From: Podospora anserina
Lineage: Eukaryota
Length of the DNA stretch: 64,000 nt
Assembly (NCBI GenBank): GCA_017654855.1
Contig: CM030338.1
Location: 2,294,001-2,358,000 of the forward strand
Direction of reading: 5' to 3'
Part shown: positions 63,867 to 64,000 of the stretch, in pieces
How the letters are laid out: each line of letters begins with the position of its first letter
Numbering within the stretch: position 1 is the stretch's first letter
Notes under the pieces: generated by a model
The model's input: only the letters and a program-made list of their open reading frames with translations
Told to the model about the DNA's origin: nothing
Databases searched by the model: none
Position numbers and translations under genes: made by a program

Positions 63867-64000
63867 CACCATTACGTAGACGTCTCTAGACGGAACCTCA
63901 AAAGTTGCTCTACGTCGTCGATCGTTGCTCCCACCCGCGATTAGGTAGAGATAGTTTTAGATACACGGTCCCCACTCAAGACCGGTGGAGCCCTACCTAC

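Noticed and set aside
1-64000. tRNA, 5S rRNA, transposon, RIP-degraded repeat or CRISPR array
   Set aside because: No such signatures were recognised by eye; tRNAscan-SE/Infernal would be needed to exclude small RNAs formally.

Overview
Intron-rich, gene-dense chromosomal DNA from a filamentous ascomycete (Sordariomycetes; composition suggests Sordariales, e.g. Podospora-like, which is inference). About 20 spliced housekeeping or regulatory genes can be reconstructed: RPC19, complex I LYR subunit NDUFA6, BUD31, a C2H2 protein, an Est1/Ebs1/SMG7-like protein, adenosine kinase, RPL2, a chromatin-type protein, DUF1770, eRF1, prephenate dehydratase, an HTD2-like dehydratase, PEX3, ATG101, a ~1000-aa PLP-dependent decarboxylase, MET6, PAN1, a forkhead factor and a Puf3-type Pumilio. 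I found no rRNA, tRNA, CRISPR or intact transposon. The most notable signals concern stop-codon recoding. (1) An otherwise intact PLP decarboxylase gene carries a single in-frame TAG (36168-36170) where Trp is expected, a candidate for restorative A-to-I editing. (2) The ATG101 TAG is followed in frame by 106 codons, a second TAG and 77 more codons, a candidate double stop-loss extension with Atg8-interacting-like motifs. (3) eRF1 ends in a leaky TGA-CAG context with a 71-codon in-frame extension. Other signals include a caspase-domain relic with an apparent internal deletion, a GAG splice acceptor, a Puf3 element in the complex I 3'UTR and a recurrent GGCGTT 3'UTR motif. Exon boundaries were read by eye and may be off by a few bases.
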